Notes: generated from the sequence alone by a model not told the origin. A stretch of DNA of 63,929 bases, filler included, from an uncultured Acidimicrobiia bacterium (GCA_964347285.1; 9 parts of 9 records of this genome joined end to end with filler, not necessarily neighbours in it); one strand, 5' to 3'. Shown: positions 29,466 to 40,131, counted from the whole stretch's first letter. Translations and numbers: made by a program.

Positions 29466-31620
29466 CTACTGAATCCGCAACGTCGAAGGGTAAGGGACCG
29501 TGTCGTAGGCGACGGCCATCGCCTTCGAGGCAACGCCGTTTTCAACACCGATGCGTACCACCAGCGTGCGTCCCACGGCGACCGTGTGTACCGGGTTCCC
29601 AAAGTTGATGACGTACTCGTTGAAGGAGGCATCGGCAGGTTGTGAGAAGCTGCCGGACCCGAGGAGGGAACAGCCTGTGAGGCCTGCATCGCAATCCATG
29701 AGATGGGCATACAGCCCCCCGATACCCAGAGTCCCGTCGTCCAGACGACCCCAGATCCGCAATTCCACGGCACTGTTGATCGGCAGCGGAGCGGCGGGGG
29801 CATACGACCACTTCTGGAACTCGTCGACGTTTGTATCGTCGGGAACGGCCACCGGGTCGAAATTGGATCGCTGCATCGTCAGCCCAGGGAAGGCATCGCG
29901 GTCGGTGGCGTAGTTGTAGAGAATGGCCTCGGTCGGTGCGACCGCAGTCAGCGGCAGTGCCGCCGGTGAGACCGACACTCGATCGCCGGGACCATCCGTC
30001 TTGAGGTACAGGGTCATCGAAGCGCCCGGGCTGATGGTCCAGTTGAAGTTGACCGAGTCGGTCAGGTTGGATGGAACCCCGTCGGTCTCCGTGACGGTCA
30101 CGGTGACCGAGTAGGCCCCGCTCGTCGAGGGCGTGCCGGAGATCTCCCCGGTTCCGGCGTCCATGGCGAGTCCGGGAGGAAGGCCGACTGCCGACCAGGT
30201 GAGCGAGTTGGTGGGTATGTCGGGATCCGATGCGGCCACGAACAGGCTCACCGTCTCCCCGACGACGCTGGTCTGGTCGCCCGGATCCGTGGCGATCGGG
30301 GCCTGGTTGACCTCGGTGACCGTCACCGTGATCGTCTCGGAGTCGGTGAGGTTGGGAGTGCCGTCGTCGGTCACGATGACATCGAAGGAGTGGGCGCCGG
30401 GCCCGTCGGCCTCGCCGGGGGTCCAGGTGAAGACGCCCGACCCAGAATCGATCGAGGCTCCGGCCGGCTCGCCCGAAAGCGTGAAGCCGAGGTTGTTCGA
30501 AGGGGTGTCGGCGGGGTCCGAGGCCGTAGCGGTGAAGGTGATGAGGGTGCCCTCGGCGCCACTCTGAGGGCCGATGGGGTCTAGGACCGGCGGATCGTTT
30601 GCGGCGTTCACCGTGACCGACACCGGAGCCGTATCACAGAGGGATCCGGTGTCGCACGCCTCGTAAACGAAGAAGTCGGCACCTGACCAATTGAGATCGG
30701 GCCGGTAGGTGATCGCTCCGGTCAGCGGGTTGATGCCGACTATGGTGCCGTTGGCCGGCTCGAAACCGGCGAAGATCGACACCGACGCCGGGTCGATGTT
30801 GCTCTCCGGGTCGGTGTCGTTGTCGAGTACGTCGATGACGACGTCGACGTCTTCGTCGGTGGTCGCCGCGTCGGGATCGGCCACCGGCGCCGAATTGGTG
30901 ACCGTGGTGGAAAGCGTGTCCGTGTTGTTGCCGGGTAGAGGATCGCTGGAATTGAGCGTTCCCGCCGTCGCCGCAGTCGTCAGCAGCCCGGGCACTGAAG
31001 GAATGACGTCGATGGTCACCGTTTCCGTCTGCGCATCAAACAGCGAGCCGATCGTGCACGTGACGCGGTGGCTGAGACCGTCGTAGGAACAAGCGCCCTT
31101 TGTCGAAACCGCCGCCGAGAAACCGACAGAGGCCGGGAGGTCGTCCCACAGCTCGACGCCGCCGGTGTCGTCGGGACCGTTGTTGGTGACATCGAAAACG
31201 AACGACACCGTTCCGTTGACGGGCACGGGGTCGGGTATTGCCGACACCCCGGTCACGGTGAGATCGGCCGTTCGCTTCTCCACTCGGACGGTGATCGTGG
31301 CCGGAAGCGATGAAAGCGACCCGTCGGTGATGGTGTAGTCGAAGGTATCGTCGCCGGTCCAACCGAGGGGCGGGTCGTAGTCACAACCAGCGGCCGTGCA
31401 GTCATACGTGCCGCCGTTTCCGGTGGCACCAGACCCGGCAATGATCGCGACCGGATCTCCGTCGGGATCGGAGTCGTTGGCCAGTATGGAGGCAGCAGCG
31501 ACCGTCAGAGGTTCGTTCTCGAACGTGCTGAAGACCGGATCGGGGTGAACGTTGGGATCATCCGAAGCCACCGGGGCGTCGTTGACGGCGGTGACGGTCA
31601 GGGTGACGGTGGCCACGTTG
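29466..31620 (-). CDS. Large repetitive surface protein (cadherin-like/Big_9, DUF11, putative Ig domains), 5'-partial
   Basis: VNDAPVA, ILANDSDPDGD, VTNNGPD...DPLPGNN, GLPPGLAMDAGTGEISGTP repeats. Confidence 0.88.
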
Positions 31621-31720
31621 NNNNNNNNNNNNNNNNNNNNNNNNNNNNNNNNNNNNNNNNNNNNTTAATTAATTAANNNNNNNNNNNNNNNNNNNNNNNN
31701 NNNNNNNNNNNNNNNNNNNN

Positions 31721-31776
31721 CCGTCGCTCGGCAGGAGATCGGCGGGGATCTGAATGGCCGGGGGGTCGCCGTGCAT
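31721..31776 (-). CDS. serC: Phosphoserine transaminase N-terminus (actinobacterial type), truncated by contig end
   Basis: MHGDPPAIQIPADLLPSDG matches the IPxDLLPxDGRFG start of actinobacterial SerC. Confidence 0.7.
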
Positions 31777-31815
31777 GGCTATAACTATGGACGACCGATC
31801 GAGGGGAGGCGAACC

Positions 31816-33009
31816 ATGACGGCAGATGTCTCGCGGCGCATCAGCGCCCTGGCACCGTCGGCGACCATTGCGATCACCGAACGTGCCAAGGCACTGCGGG
31901 CCGAGGGCCGGGACGTGGTCGGCTTCGGGGCCGGAGAGCCCGACTTCCCGACGCCGGAGCACATCGTCGCTGCAGCGCAGGCGGCGGCCGCCGAAGACGT
32001 GAACCACCGTTACAGCGCCACCGCCGGTCTCGGCGAACTCAGGGAGGCGGTGGCCGTCAAGACCGAGCGGGATTCGGGGTACGTCGTCGAACCCAAGCAG
32101 GTGCTGATCAGCAACGGTGCCAAGCAGGCCGTGTTCGAAGCGGTGCTGACGCTGGTGGACGAGGGAGACGAGGTGCTGCTCCCCGCTCCCTACTGGGTCA
32201 GCTATCCGGAGATCGTCAAGCTGGCCGGAGCGGTTCCCATCGAGGTTCCGGCCGGCCTGGACCAGGGCTTCAAGGTGACGGCAGATCAGCTCGAGGCGGC
32301 TCGGACCGGGCGCACCAAGGCCCTCATCGTCAACTCACCCTGCAATCCGAGCGGGGCGGTGTACGGGGTCGAGGAGCTCGAAGCGATCGGCCGCTGGGCC
32401 GCCGAGAACGGAATCTGGGTGATCACCGACGAAATCTACGAGCACCTGGTCTACGACGGCCGCAAGTGCGCATCACTGCCGGTGGTGGTTCCCGACGTCG
32501 CCGAGCGCTGCGTCGTGGTCAACGGGGTGTCCAAGAGCTATGCGATGACCGGATGGCGGGTGGGCTGGCTCATCGGACCGCCGCACGTCGTAGCCGCAGC
32601 CACCAAGTTGCAGTCGCAGATCTCCACCAACGTCTCCAACGTCTCGCAGCGGGCGGCCCTGGCCGCTATCACCGGTTCGCTGGAGGCCACCGAGTTGATG
32701 CGAGAGGCTTTCGACCGCCGCCGCCACACCATGCACGCCATGCTCGATGCCATCGGTGGGGTGCGGTGCTTGCTCCCCGAGGGAGCCTTCTACGCCTTCC
32801 CGTCCGTGGAGGGAATCCTGGGCCGGGATCTGGCGGGCGGTGCTGCTTCGACGGCTCTCGAGCTGGCCGAGCTGGCTCTCGAGCAGGCCCTGGTGGCCTT
32901 CGTTCCCGGTGAGGCCTTCGGGTCTCCCGGGTATGTTCGTTTCTCATTCGCCCTGTCCGACGACGATCTGGAGAGAGGGCTGGAGCGCTTCGCCGAGCTG
33001 GTGGGCTAG
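31816..33009 (+). CDS. PLP-dependent aminotransferase class I/II (aspartate aminotransferase)
   Basis: GAGEPDF, PYWVSY, NSPCNPSG, DEIY, SKSYAMTGWRVG. Confidence 0.95.
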   Translation: MTADVSRRISALAPSATIAITERAKALRAEGRDVVGFGAGEPDFPTPEHIVAAAQAAAAEDVNHRYSATAGLGELREAVAVKTERDSGYVVEPKQVLISNGAKQAVFEAVLTLVDEGDEVLLPAPYWVSYPEIVKLAGAVPIEVPAGLDQGFKVTADQLEAARTGRTKALIVNSPCNPSGAVYGVEELEAIGRWAAENGIWVITDEIYEHLVYDGRKCASLPVVVPDVAERCVVVNGVSKSYAMTGWRVGWLIGPPHVVAAATKLQSQISTNVSNVSQRAALAAITGSLEATELMREAFDRRRHTMHAMLDAIGGVRCLLPEGAFYAFPSVEGILGRDLAGGAASTALELAELALEQALVAFVPGEAFGSPGYVRFSFALSDDDLERGLERFAELVG

Positions 33010-33042
33010 CGCCTCCGGATTGCCCGGAGGCGCCGGGGGCGA

Positions 33043-33474
33043 CTAGGTATCGGCGATGAGTATCTCCATCGCCCGGCGGTATCCCTCGACGCCCTCGCCG
33101 ATCACCGCGTCCACGCACACCTCCCGGGTCACCGACGTGCGGCGCCACTCCTCCCGCTGCCCGATGTTCGAGATGTGGACCTCCACTACCGGGATGTCGA
33201 CCGCCGCAATCGCATCCCGCAGGGCGTACGAGTAGTGCGCCAACGCACCCGGATTGACCACTACGCCGTCAAAGCGGCCGAGAGCGTCGTGAAGCCGGTC
33301 GATGAGGTCACCCTCGTGGTTGGACTGGTATGTCTCGACGAGGGTGCCGAGTTCCCGGCCCCAGGCGCGGCATCGGACCTCGAGTTCCCCGAGCGTGGTT
33401 TCTCCGTAGAGGTCCGGTTCCCTCGTACCGAGCAGGTTCAGGTTGGGACCGTTGATCACGAGGAGGCGGGTCAT
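33043..33474 (-). CDS. aroQ: Type II 3-dehydroquinate dehydratase
   Basis: NGPNLNLLGTREPDLYG, QSNHEG, NPGA, EVHISN. Confidence 0.97.
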   Translation of the reverse strand: MTRLLVINGPNLNLLGTREPDLYGETTLGELEVRCRAWGRELGTLVETYQSNHEGDLIDRLHDALGRFDGVVVNPGALAHYSYALRDAIAAVDIPVVEVHISNIGQREEWRRTSVTREVCVDAVIGEGVEGYRRAMEILIADT

Positions 33475-33486
33475 CGGCGGAGGCTA

Positions 33487-34299
33487 TCAGGGAGAGAGGT
33501 GCTCGCCGACCAGGTCCTCGGCCAGCGCCAGCGTGTCATCGTCGAGGCCGCCTTCCTCCAGATGGTGGCGAGCTCCCAAGGCGGCGACGACGGCCTCGAT
33601 CACCGCCTCCACCGTCACCGAAGGGACCACGTCCTGCACTGCCCCGGCCGTCTCCGGGCGCCACGCCAGGCCGAGCGCCTCATAGACGGGGATCAGGACC
33701 CGACGGACGGATTCGGCATCGGTTACCACGACCACGCCGCCGACATGGGCGCCCTGTCGTGTCATCCGCTGGCCGACCCCCATGAGCTTGACGGTCCCGC
33801 CGGCGTTGACGCTGAACTCGCCGGGGCAGTACTCGCCCGGTACCTCGCCGACCCGGGCGTCGGTACCCAGGGCGGCCAGGGCGGAGACGATGATCTCCGA
33901 GACCTCGGTGAAGCGTTGTCTGACCCGCTCCGCCGGCACCGGATCGGGGATCGCCCACGAGAAGGCGATCGTTCCGGGATGAAAGAGCGCGGCCCGGCCC
34001 CCGGTGAGCCGCTCCACCGCACCGAATCCGTGGGACCGGGCCGCCGCCACTGCTCCCGGATATCCGGCGGAGCCGACGTCGCGGCGGCCGAAGGCCACCA
34101 CCGAGCCCGGTATGTGGATTCGGAACGTCTCGGGCACTCGCCCGGTAGCCGCCTGCAGCAGCAGGGCGCGCGACACGGCGGTGTCGAGCCCATGACGCTC
34201 CGGAAACGCTTGGCGGACTACCGTTATCGGGCGCGGTCCGCCCCCGGGCGCGGGCGGTGCCCAGCCGGTGCTTCGACGGACCTCACGAGCCACTTTCAT
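33487..34299 (-). CDS. Lipoate-protein ligase family, LipL-like amidotransferase (start uncertain)
   Basis: RLTGGRA, GEVPGEYCPGEFS, KLMGVGQR. Confidence 0.8.
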   Translation of the reverse strand: MKVAREVRRSTGWAPPAPGGGPRPITVVRQAFPERHGLDTAVSRALLLQAATGRVPETFRIHIPGSVVAFGRRDVGSAGYPGAVAAARSHGFGAVERLTGGRAALFHPGTIAFSWAIPDPVPAERVRQRFTEVSEIIVSALAALGTDARVGEVPGEYCPGEFSVNAGGTVKLMGVGQRMTRQGAHVGGVVVVTDAESVRRVLIPVYEALGLAWRPETAGAVQDVVPSVTVEAVIEAVVAALGARHHLEEGGLDDDTLALAEDLVGEHLSP

Positions 34300-34314
34300 G
34301 ACGGCGATGATGCC

Positions 34315-35025
34315 ATGAACTCCAAAGGACGGGCCCCGGCGGCGGGCCTGCTCGTGCTCGGCCTCTTGGCCGGAGCCTGTGGGGACCAGCCGCTGGCCCG
34401 GGTCGGCGACATATCGCAGCGGGCCGTCCACGGCGATACCACCACCACGGTGGCCGACGCCGGGGAGCAGTCCGAAGAGGTGTTACAGCCTCCCAGTCGC
34501 CCTTCCGCCGAGCTGCGTTGGCTCAACGACCACCTGACGCCCGCCACCGGCGACACCCGTGAGGTGCTGTCCGCCGTTTGGGAACGGGGCCGGGCGGTGA
34601 CGAGCGGATTCGTTCAGGCGAGCAGGGAGGAGATCTCCGTCGTTCTCCCTGAGGTCAGGTTTCCCGGAGTGGTGCCGGTCGACGTCGAGCACATCACCAG
34701 CCAGCTCGTATTCGACACCACCTCGGGGGTCCTCGACCTCGGCACGTCGGCGGCGTTCGGGTTGTGGAGCGAGGAGCCCTACTCCGTGAGCCGCAGCGTG
34801 GGCCAGCTGGCCGTGCTCAGGGTGGGACAGAACGTCGATCCCAACGTTCCCGACGACGATCTGGTTGCGCAAGAGGCGGGGGAGGGGCTCACGTTGCGTT
34901 GGCAGCACCGCGGCTACACCTACGAGCTCTTCTGTCGGAGCATCCTCGATCAGGCCGCCTGTTGGGAGATGGCGTCGTCGCTGGCTCTACTCCGAGAGCT
35001 CAGCGGAGGCGGCGCGATAGGGTGA
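34315..35025 (+). CDS. Hypothetical lipoprotein
   Basis: Signal peptide with lipobox LAGAC/G; C-terminal Cys pair. Confidence 0.75.
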   Translation: MNSKGRAPAAGLLVLGLLAGACGDQPLARVGDISQRAVHGDTTTTVADAGEQSEEVLQPPSRPSAELRWLNDHLTPATGDTREVLSAVWERGRAVTSGFVQASREEISVVLPEVRFPGVVPVDVEHITSQLVFDTTSGVLDLGTSAAFGLWSEEPYSVSRSVGQLAVLRVGQNVDPNVPDDDLVAQEAGEGLTLRWQHRGYTYELFCRSILDQAACWEMASSLALLRELSGGGAIG

Positions 35026-35092
35026 GTCCGGAATAGACGTCCGCCGGGCCGGGTTGGTGCAGGCCCGGGAGCCATCACGGAAGGGGTAGCTC

Positions 35093-36991
35093 ATCTTCCA
35101 TTCAGGCGGCTGGTGGTCGTACCTCCGCTACGACGAGGAGCAGGACCGGCCCGAGATCAGCCGGGCGCTGCTACGCCGCGTCGCCGGGTACGCCCGCCCG
35201 TACACGGCCAAGCTGCTGGCGGTGCTGGGGACGATCCTCGTCATCTCGTTGCTCACGCTGATCCCGCCGCTGCTGATGAGAGATCTCATCGACACCGCCA
35301 TTCCCGGCGAGGACCTGGGCCGGGTGACGCTCCTCGGCATCGGGATGGTGGCCGTACCGCTGCTCAACGGCGCCTTCGGAGTTTTGCAGCGCTGGGCATC
35401 GGCCGCGGCCGGTGAGGGGATCATCCTCGACCTGCGCCGCCAGCTGTTCGCTCACTTGCAGCGTATGCCGCTGGCGTTCTTCACCGGCACCCGCACCGGT
35501 GAGCTGATGTCCCGGCTCAACAACGACGTGGTCGGGGCCCAGTCGGCCATCACGGGGACGTTCGTGACCTTGGCCTCCAACGTCGTGTCGGTGATCGCCA
35601 CGCTGGTGGTGATGGTGGGCATCGAGTGGCGTCTCACCCTGCTCGCCGTCGCCGTTCTGCCGTTGTTCATCATTCCGTCGCGACGGGTGGGCCGGGTGCT
35701 GCGGAGGGTGTCGCGGGAGCAGATGGACCGCAACGCCGAGATGAATGCGACGATGAACGAGACCCTCAACGTGAGCGGGGCCTTGCTGGTGAAGCTGTTC
35801 GGTCGCACCGCTCGTGAAGATCGACGATTCGGGGAGCAGGCCGCCGAGGTGGCTCGGATCGGGGTGCAGCGGGCTTTGATCGGCCGCTGGTTCTTCATGG
35901 CTCTGGGCCTGGTCAGCGCGCTGGGGACGGCAGTCGTGTTCTGGGTGGGAGCGGTCATGGTGATCAACGGCTCCCTCACCATCGGGTCGGTGGTGGCTCT
36001 GTCGGCCTATCTGGCCAACCTGTACGGGCCCCTGTCGGCCCTTTCCAACGCTCGCGTCGAGTTTGCGACCTCTCTGGTGTCGTTCGAACGGGTGTTCGAG
36101 CTCATCGACCTGCCGCTGCAGATTCAGGAGTCGCCCGATCCGATCCACGCGCGGCCTTTCGTGGGCTCGGTGGAGTTCGACCGTGTGGCGTTCTCCTACC
36201 TGGAGGACAGTCCCACCCTGGCCTCGGTGCGCCGCTTCAGCTGGTGGGCTCCGAAGGCGCCCGAGGTCGAGGGACCGGTGGAGCGAGTCTCGGCGCGGCG
36301 ATGGGCGCTCCAGGACCTGTCGTTCACCGTGGAGCCGGGCAAGCTCACCGCCCTCGTGGGCCCCAGCGGGGCCGGCAAGACCACGGTGACCTACCTCGTT
36401 CCCCGGCTCTACGACGCCATCGAGGGCCGGGTGCTCATCGACGGCCACGATGTGAGGGAGCTGAGCTTCGAATCGCTGGCCGACGGCATCGGAGTCGTCA
36501 CTCAAGAGACCTACCTCTTCCACGACACGATCGCCGCCAATCTCCGCTACGCCCGTCCCGATGCCACTCAAGCCGAGCTGGAGGAGGCGGCCCGGACGGC
36601 CAACATCCACGACTTCATCAGCGGCTTGCCCGACGGATATGAAACCGTGGTCGGCGAGCGCGGTTACCGGCTGTCCGGAGGTGAGAAGCAGCGGATCGCC
36701 ATTGCCCGAGTCATCCTCAAGGATCCCCGCATCCTCATCCTCGACGAGGCTACGTCCCATCTCGACGCCCGATCGGAGGCGCTGATCCAGGAGGCGCTGG
36801 AACGGCTGATGCAGGGGCGGACCTCGCTGGTCATCGCCCACCGCCTTTCGACCATCCTCGCCGCCGATCAGATCCTGGTGCTCGACGAGGGCCGGCTGAT
36901 CGAGCAGGGGACCCACGCCGAGCTCATCGATGCCGGCGGCCTGTATGCCGGCTTGTACCGGACCCAATTCGAGGCGACGGTCGGAGCCTGA
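35093..36991 (+). CDS. ABC transporter, fused permease/ATPase (MsbA-like exporter); apparent ATC start
   Basis: GPSGAGKT, LSGGEKQR, ILDEATS, AHRLST. Frame is open to a TAG at 35087; first canonical start is 35222. Confidence 0.93.
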   Translation: MFHSGGWWSYLRYDEEQDRPEISRALLRRVAGYARPYTAKLLAVLGTILVISLLTLIPPLLMRDLIDTAIPGEDLGRVTLLGIGMVAVPLLNGAFGVLQRWASAAAGEGIILDLRRQLFAHLQRMPLAFFTGTRTGELMSRLNNDVVGAQSAITGTFVTLASNVVSVIATLVVMVGIEWRLTLLAVAVLPLFIIPSRRVGRVLRRVSREQMDRNAEMNATMNETLNVSGALLVKLFGRTAREDRRFGEQAAEVARIGVQRALIGRWFFMALGLVSALGTAVVFWVGAVMVINGSLTIGSVVALSAYLANLYGPLSALSNARVEFATSLVSFERVFELIDLPLQIQESPDPIHARPFVGSVEFDRVAFSYLEDSPTLASVRRFSWWAPKAPEVEGPVERVSARRWALQDLSFTVEPGKLTALVGPSGAGKTTVTYLVPRLYDAIEGRVLIDGHDVRELSFESLADGIGVVTQETYLFHDTIAANLRYARPDATQAELEEAARTANIHDFISGLPDGYETVVGERGYRLSGGEKQRIAIARVILKDPRILILDEATSHLDARSEALIQEALERLMQGRTSLVIAHRLSTILAADQILVLDEGRLIEQGTHAELIDAGGLYAGLYRTQFEATVGA

Positions 36992-37130
36992 CCGCACTCC
37001 GTACCCGCCGCCGACAATCGTCGAACACCCCGGTCCGCGGGTGGTGCGGTCGATGGGCAGGAGTTCCCGTGTGTCGATCGAGGGCGAGATCGTCGTGGCG
37101 GCCGCCCCCTCCGGGGCGAACGGAGGATCG

Positions 37131-37760
37131 TCAGCCGCCGCTCGCCCAGGCCAGGAGGAGCTGGGCACCGTAGTACAGGGGTAGGCCCACCAATCTGTCG
37201 AGCGGAGATTCGGCGACGAATCGCCGCCGAGCCACGAAGACGTCGGAGGCGTAGAAGGCGGTGGCGCCGAGCGGAATCCTGATGTCCGTCTGGAACCCGG
37301 TCGTGCTGATGGCCAGCGTCACCATGAACGAGATCACCCCGATGTAGGCATGCACCGGTCCCCGGAGACGCCCGATGATGTGGGGCCGGAGGTAGCGGAA
37401 GATGGGCGCCCCGGCCACCACGACGAGGACGCCCCCGACGACGATGCCGGTGGCGGAGAGCCCACGGATGATGAAGGCGGCACCGTACGAGAGGTGGGCT
37501 ACCAAGAAGGCGGCCAGTCCGGCCAGAAACCAGTGTCGTTGCTCGGAGAGCAGGAAGGCATCGCCGAGCCAGGAGAAGCAAAGGGCGACGAAGATCATCC
37601 TTCCGAAGCCTGCGTCGAAGGCACCGGCGGCAACGGCCACTCCCAGGAACCCCGTCGAGGCAGTCAGCTTGGCCGGTGCCCTCCATCGGGGGTGTCCCGT
37701 TTCGGCCGCCAGCAGCACCCCGAGGGCGGCCAGCGTCGCAACGGCAAAGAGTGCGGTCAA
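37131..37760 (-). CDS. Lysoplasmalogenase (YhhN family) membrane protein
   Basis: SWLGDAFL, GLAAFLVAHLSY, FYASD, YYGAQ. Confidence 0.88.
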   Translation of the reverse strand: MTALFAVATLAALGVLLAAETGHPRWRAPAKLTASTGFLGVAVAAGAFDAGFGRMIFVALCFSWLGDAFLLSEQRHWFLAGLAAFLVAHLSYGAAFIIRGLSATGIVVGGVLVVVAGAPIFRYLRPHIIGRLRGPVHAYIGVISFMVTLAISTTGFQTDIRIPLGATAFYASDVFVARRRFVAESPLDRLVGLPLYYGAQLLLAWASGG

Positions 37761-37790
37761 CCGGGACGTCCCGAAACGCCGTGAGTGGGG

Positions 37791-38747
37791 TCAGAAGGGC
37801 GCTTCGGCCAACACCGGGAGCGAGGAGACGTCCACCCACCCGGCCTCGATGAGCAAGGCCCCCCGTCCCACCGCTGGGCGCAGGCTGGAGTGGGGCTGGT
37901 GGAGCACCCAGGCCAGCAGCTCGATGCCCTGGATCAACCTCGGTCCAGGCCGGCTGAGGTAAGAGGATCCATCGATAGCGACGACCCGGGCGTGCCGGGT
38001 TGCTTCCTGCCATCCGGGGTGGGCGGTCAGCTGGCGCACACGGGCCTGGGCTTGATAGAGATCGAAGCCACAGAAGGCGAGAACGACTACGTCGGGGCGG
38101 GCCCACCCCAAGTCATCGATCCCGATCCGCCGGGAGGGCACTCCGGCGGTGCCCAGGACGGCGCTCCCTCCGGCCCAGTCCACCATGTCGGGCACCCAGT
38201 GACCGCCGGTGTAGATGGGATCGGGCCATTCCAGCACCGCCACCCGGGGACGATCGCGATCGGAGACCACGGCCGCCAGCCAGTGCAGGCGCGATCTGAT
38301 CCGGGCCGCCAGCGCTCGTCCCTCGGCCTCGGCCCCCACGGCCACCCCGATCGTGATGAACGATTGGAGTACGTCCTCGAGCGTGTGCGGATCGGTTCCG
38401 ACCACCAGCGGCCTCTTCGGCAGCGAGGTCGCTGCCTCCTCGATCAGGTGGGACGGCACGGCACGAACGCCGCACAGCGATTGGCTGAGTATGACGTCGG
38501 GCTCGCACGCTCTCAGCGCATCTTGATCGAGCCGGTAGATCGTGAACTCCTGGGCGCGGCCTCGGGCAACGGCGGCATCGATGGATGCGGCCGGGAGGTG
38601 CGACGGCAGGAAATCGGCCGTCACGGCCGGTATCGGGGCTGCATCCGGTGGGAAGTCGCACTCGTGGGAACGGCCCACGACTTGAGCTCCTTTGCCCAGG
38701 GCGAACACGATCTCGGTGGAGCTCGGCAGCAAGGAGACGATACGCAT
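37791..38747 (-). CDS. BtuF-like cobalamin/Fe-siderophore binding fold protein lacking a signal peptide
   Basis: MRIVSLLPSSTEI, GRSHECDFP, LEWPDP...GHWVPDM, SRPGPRL. Confidence 0.88.
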   Translation of the reverse strand: MRIVSLLPSSTEIVFALGKGAQVVGRSHECDFPPDAAPIPAVTADFLPSHLPAASIDAAVARGRAQEFTIYRLDQDALRACEPDVILSQSLCGVRAVPSHLIEEAATSLPKRPLVVGTDPHTLEDVLQSFITIGVAVGAEAEGRALAARIRSRLHWLAAVVSDRDRPRVAVLEWPDPIYTGGHWVPDMVDWAGGSAVLGTAGVPSRRIGIDDLGWARPDVVVLAFCGFDLYQAQARVRQLTAHPGWQEATRHARVVAIDGSSYLSRPGPRLIQGIELLAWVLHQPHSSLRPAVGRGALLIEAGWVDVSSLPVLAEAPF

Positions 38748-38841
38748 CGACCGCGTACGCTAGCGAACTCGGACAGGGGGTCCGAGCATCGCCTCGCCGG
38801 CACCCGCCCCGCTAGCCTCCGGCGGCGAACAGCGAACTCCT

Positions 38842-39054
38842 GTGGAACCACGCCACATCGCCGCCGTACACACTCCGTCCGATCCCCAGCTCCATCCCGA
38901 CGGGACCCGGATCGCGTTCGTCGTGTCCCGCCCGAATCTCGAAGACGACCGCTACGACCGACGGATCTGGCTGTGGGACGGCCACCGAGCCGAGCCCCAC
39001 ACCACCGGCCCCCACGACTCGCGCCCCCGATGGTCGCCCGATGGATCACGCCTC
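38842..39054 (+). CDS. S9-family peptidase N-terminal beta-propeller, 3'-partial
   Basis: DPQLHPDGTRIAFVV, PRWSPDGSRL (PD40 repeats). Confidence 0.75.
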
Positions 39055-39154
39055 NNNNNNNNNNNNNNNNNNNNNNNNNNNNNNNNNNNNNNNNNNNNTT
39101 AATTAATTAANNNNNNNNNNNNNNNNNNNNNNNNNNNNNNNNNNNNNNNNNNNN

Positions 39155-39420
39155 CCGTGGAGGTTGAGACCGGCGATCCGACCGGTCCAGCCCACCTCGG
39201 GGGTGTGGCAGGAGGCACACGACACCCACGGCGGATCCGAGATCTTGTCGAAGAACAGCTCCTTGCCCAGTTCCTCCATCGGCGTCAGCGACTCTCCGCT
39301 CTCATCGGCGGCGGCCACCGTGCTCATCATGCCGGCACCGAGCGCCACCGCCACCAGCACGACCACGATCGGGCGGTAGGAGAACCTCCTCCCGTGGCCG
39401 GGCGCGTGTGATCTTCCCAC
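39155..39420 (-). CDS. Cytochrome c peroxidase/MauG-family protein, 3'-partial
   Basis: Signal peptide, then LGKELFFD...SCASCH (heme c); strong RBS before GTG 39420. Confidence 0.85.
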
Positions 39421-39622
39421 GACTCCCTCCTCTCCGTTGCGCTCAGCGTGACCGTTCGGCCCGCGCCTCACCAGGGTCTTCCGTCACTACCGGTGGTAGA
39501 CGTTTGTCGGTCCGGGGACGATGCTTTCGCAGCCCGAATACGAGACCATGCCTGGTTGACTCGGCCTCTCAGGATTCGGGCGATTGGAAGGCCCCCCCGA
39601 AGCGCTCCTCTGAGCGACGCGC

Positions 39623-39651
39623 GGAAGGCCCGGCGGCAGGCCGGGCCTTCC
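39623..39651 (-). terminator. GC-rich hairpin downstream of the SRPBCC gene
   Basis: GGAAGGCCCGGC-ggcag-GCCGGGCCTTCC, perfect 12-bp stem. Confidence 0.6.
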
Positions 39652-39672
39652 GATGCCACTGTCCTTTCTCGG

Positions 39673-40131
39673 TTACTCGGGAATCCCGATGGCAAAGGTC
39701 TCCTCGAGGCTATCGAGAGTGCTCCTCAGGTCGCGTTCGACAACCCGCGGAATGACCATCTTGTCGATGACCTTGCCGAAGAAGCTGGTGGGCTCCTCCG
39801 TCTCCAAGATCACTCTCAGAGTGAATGCGCCCTCACCTGCGTCGCGGTAGAACCACTCCTGATGAACGTCACCCACCGCTGGAACCTTGGCGGTGAACTT
39901 GACCAGCTCGGCCTCGCGCACTTCCTCCAGGGTGCACTCCCCTTCGAGGCGCCGACCCAGCAGCTTGTAGGCAAAGCGGACCTTGTCCCCGGCCTCGTTC
40001 CAGGCGGCCTTGTCCGGCTCGAGAATCTCCAGCATCCCGGCGTACCAGGTGGGCCAGGTGGTGAAGTCGTCGAGATAGTCGAAGGCCTTCTTGCGAGGAA
40101 CCGGGTAGGTTCGCATCAGTTCGATACGCAA
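39673..40131 (-). CDS. SRPBCC/polyketide cyclase family protein
   Basis: FDYLDDFTTWPTW start and C-terminal helix ERDLRSTLDSL; GGAGGTG RBS. Confidence 0.8.
   Translation of the reverse strand: MRIELMRTYPVPRKKAFDYLDDFTTWPTWYAGMLEILEPDKAAWNEAGDKVRFAYKLLGRRLEGECTLEEVREAELVKFTAKVPAVGDVHQEWFYRDAGEGAFTLRVILETEEPTSFFGKVIDKMVIPRVVERDLRSTLDSLEETFAIGIPE

Noticed and set aside
33175..34314. N-terminal part of the 616-aa ORF 33175..35025
   Set aside because: Antisense to aroQ and the LipL-like gene; the lipoprotein starts at 34315.
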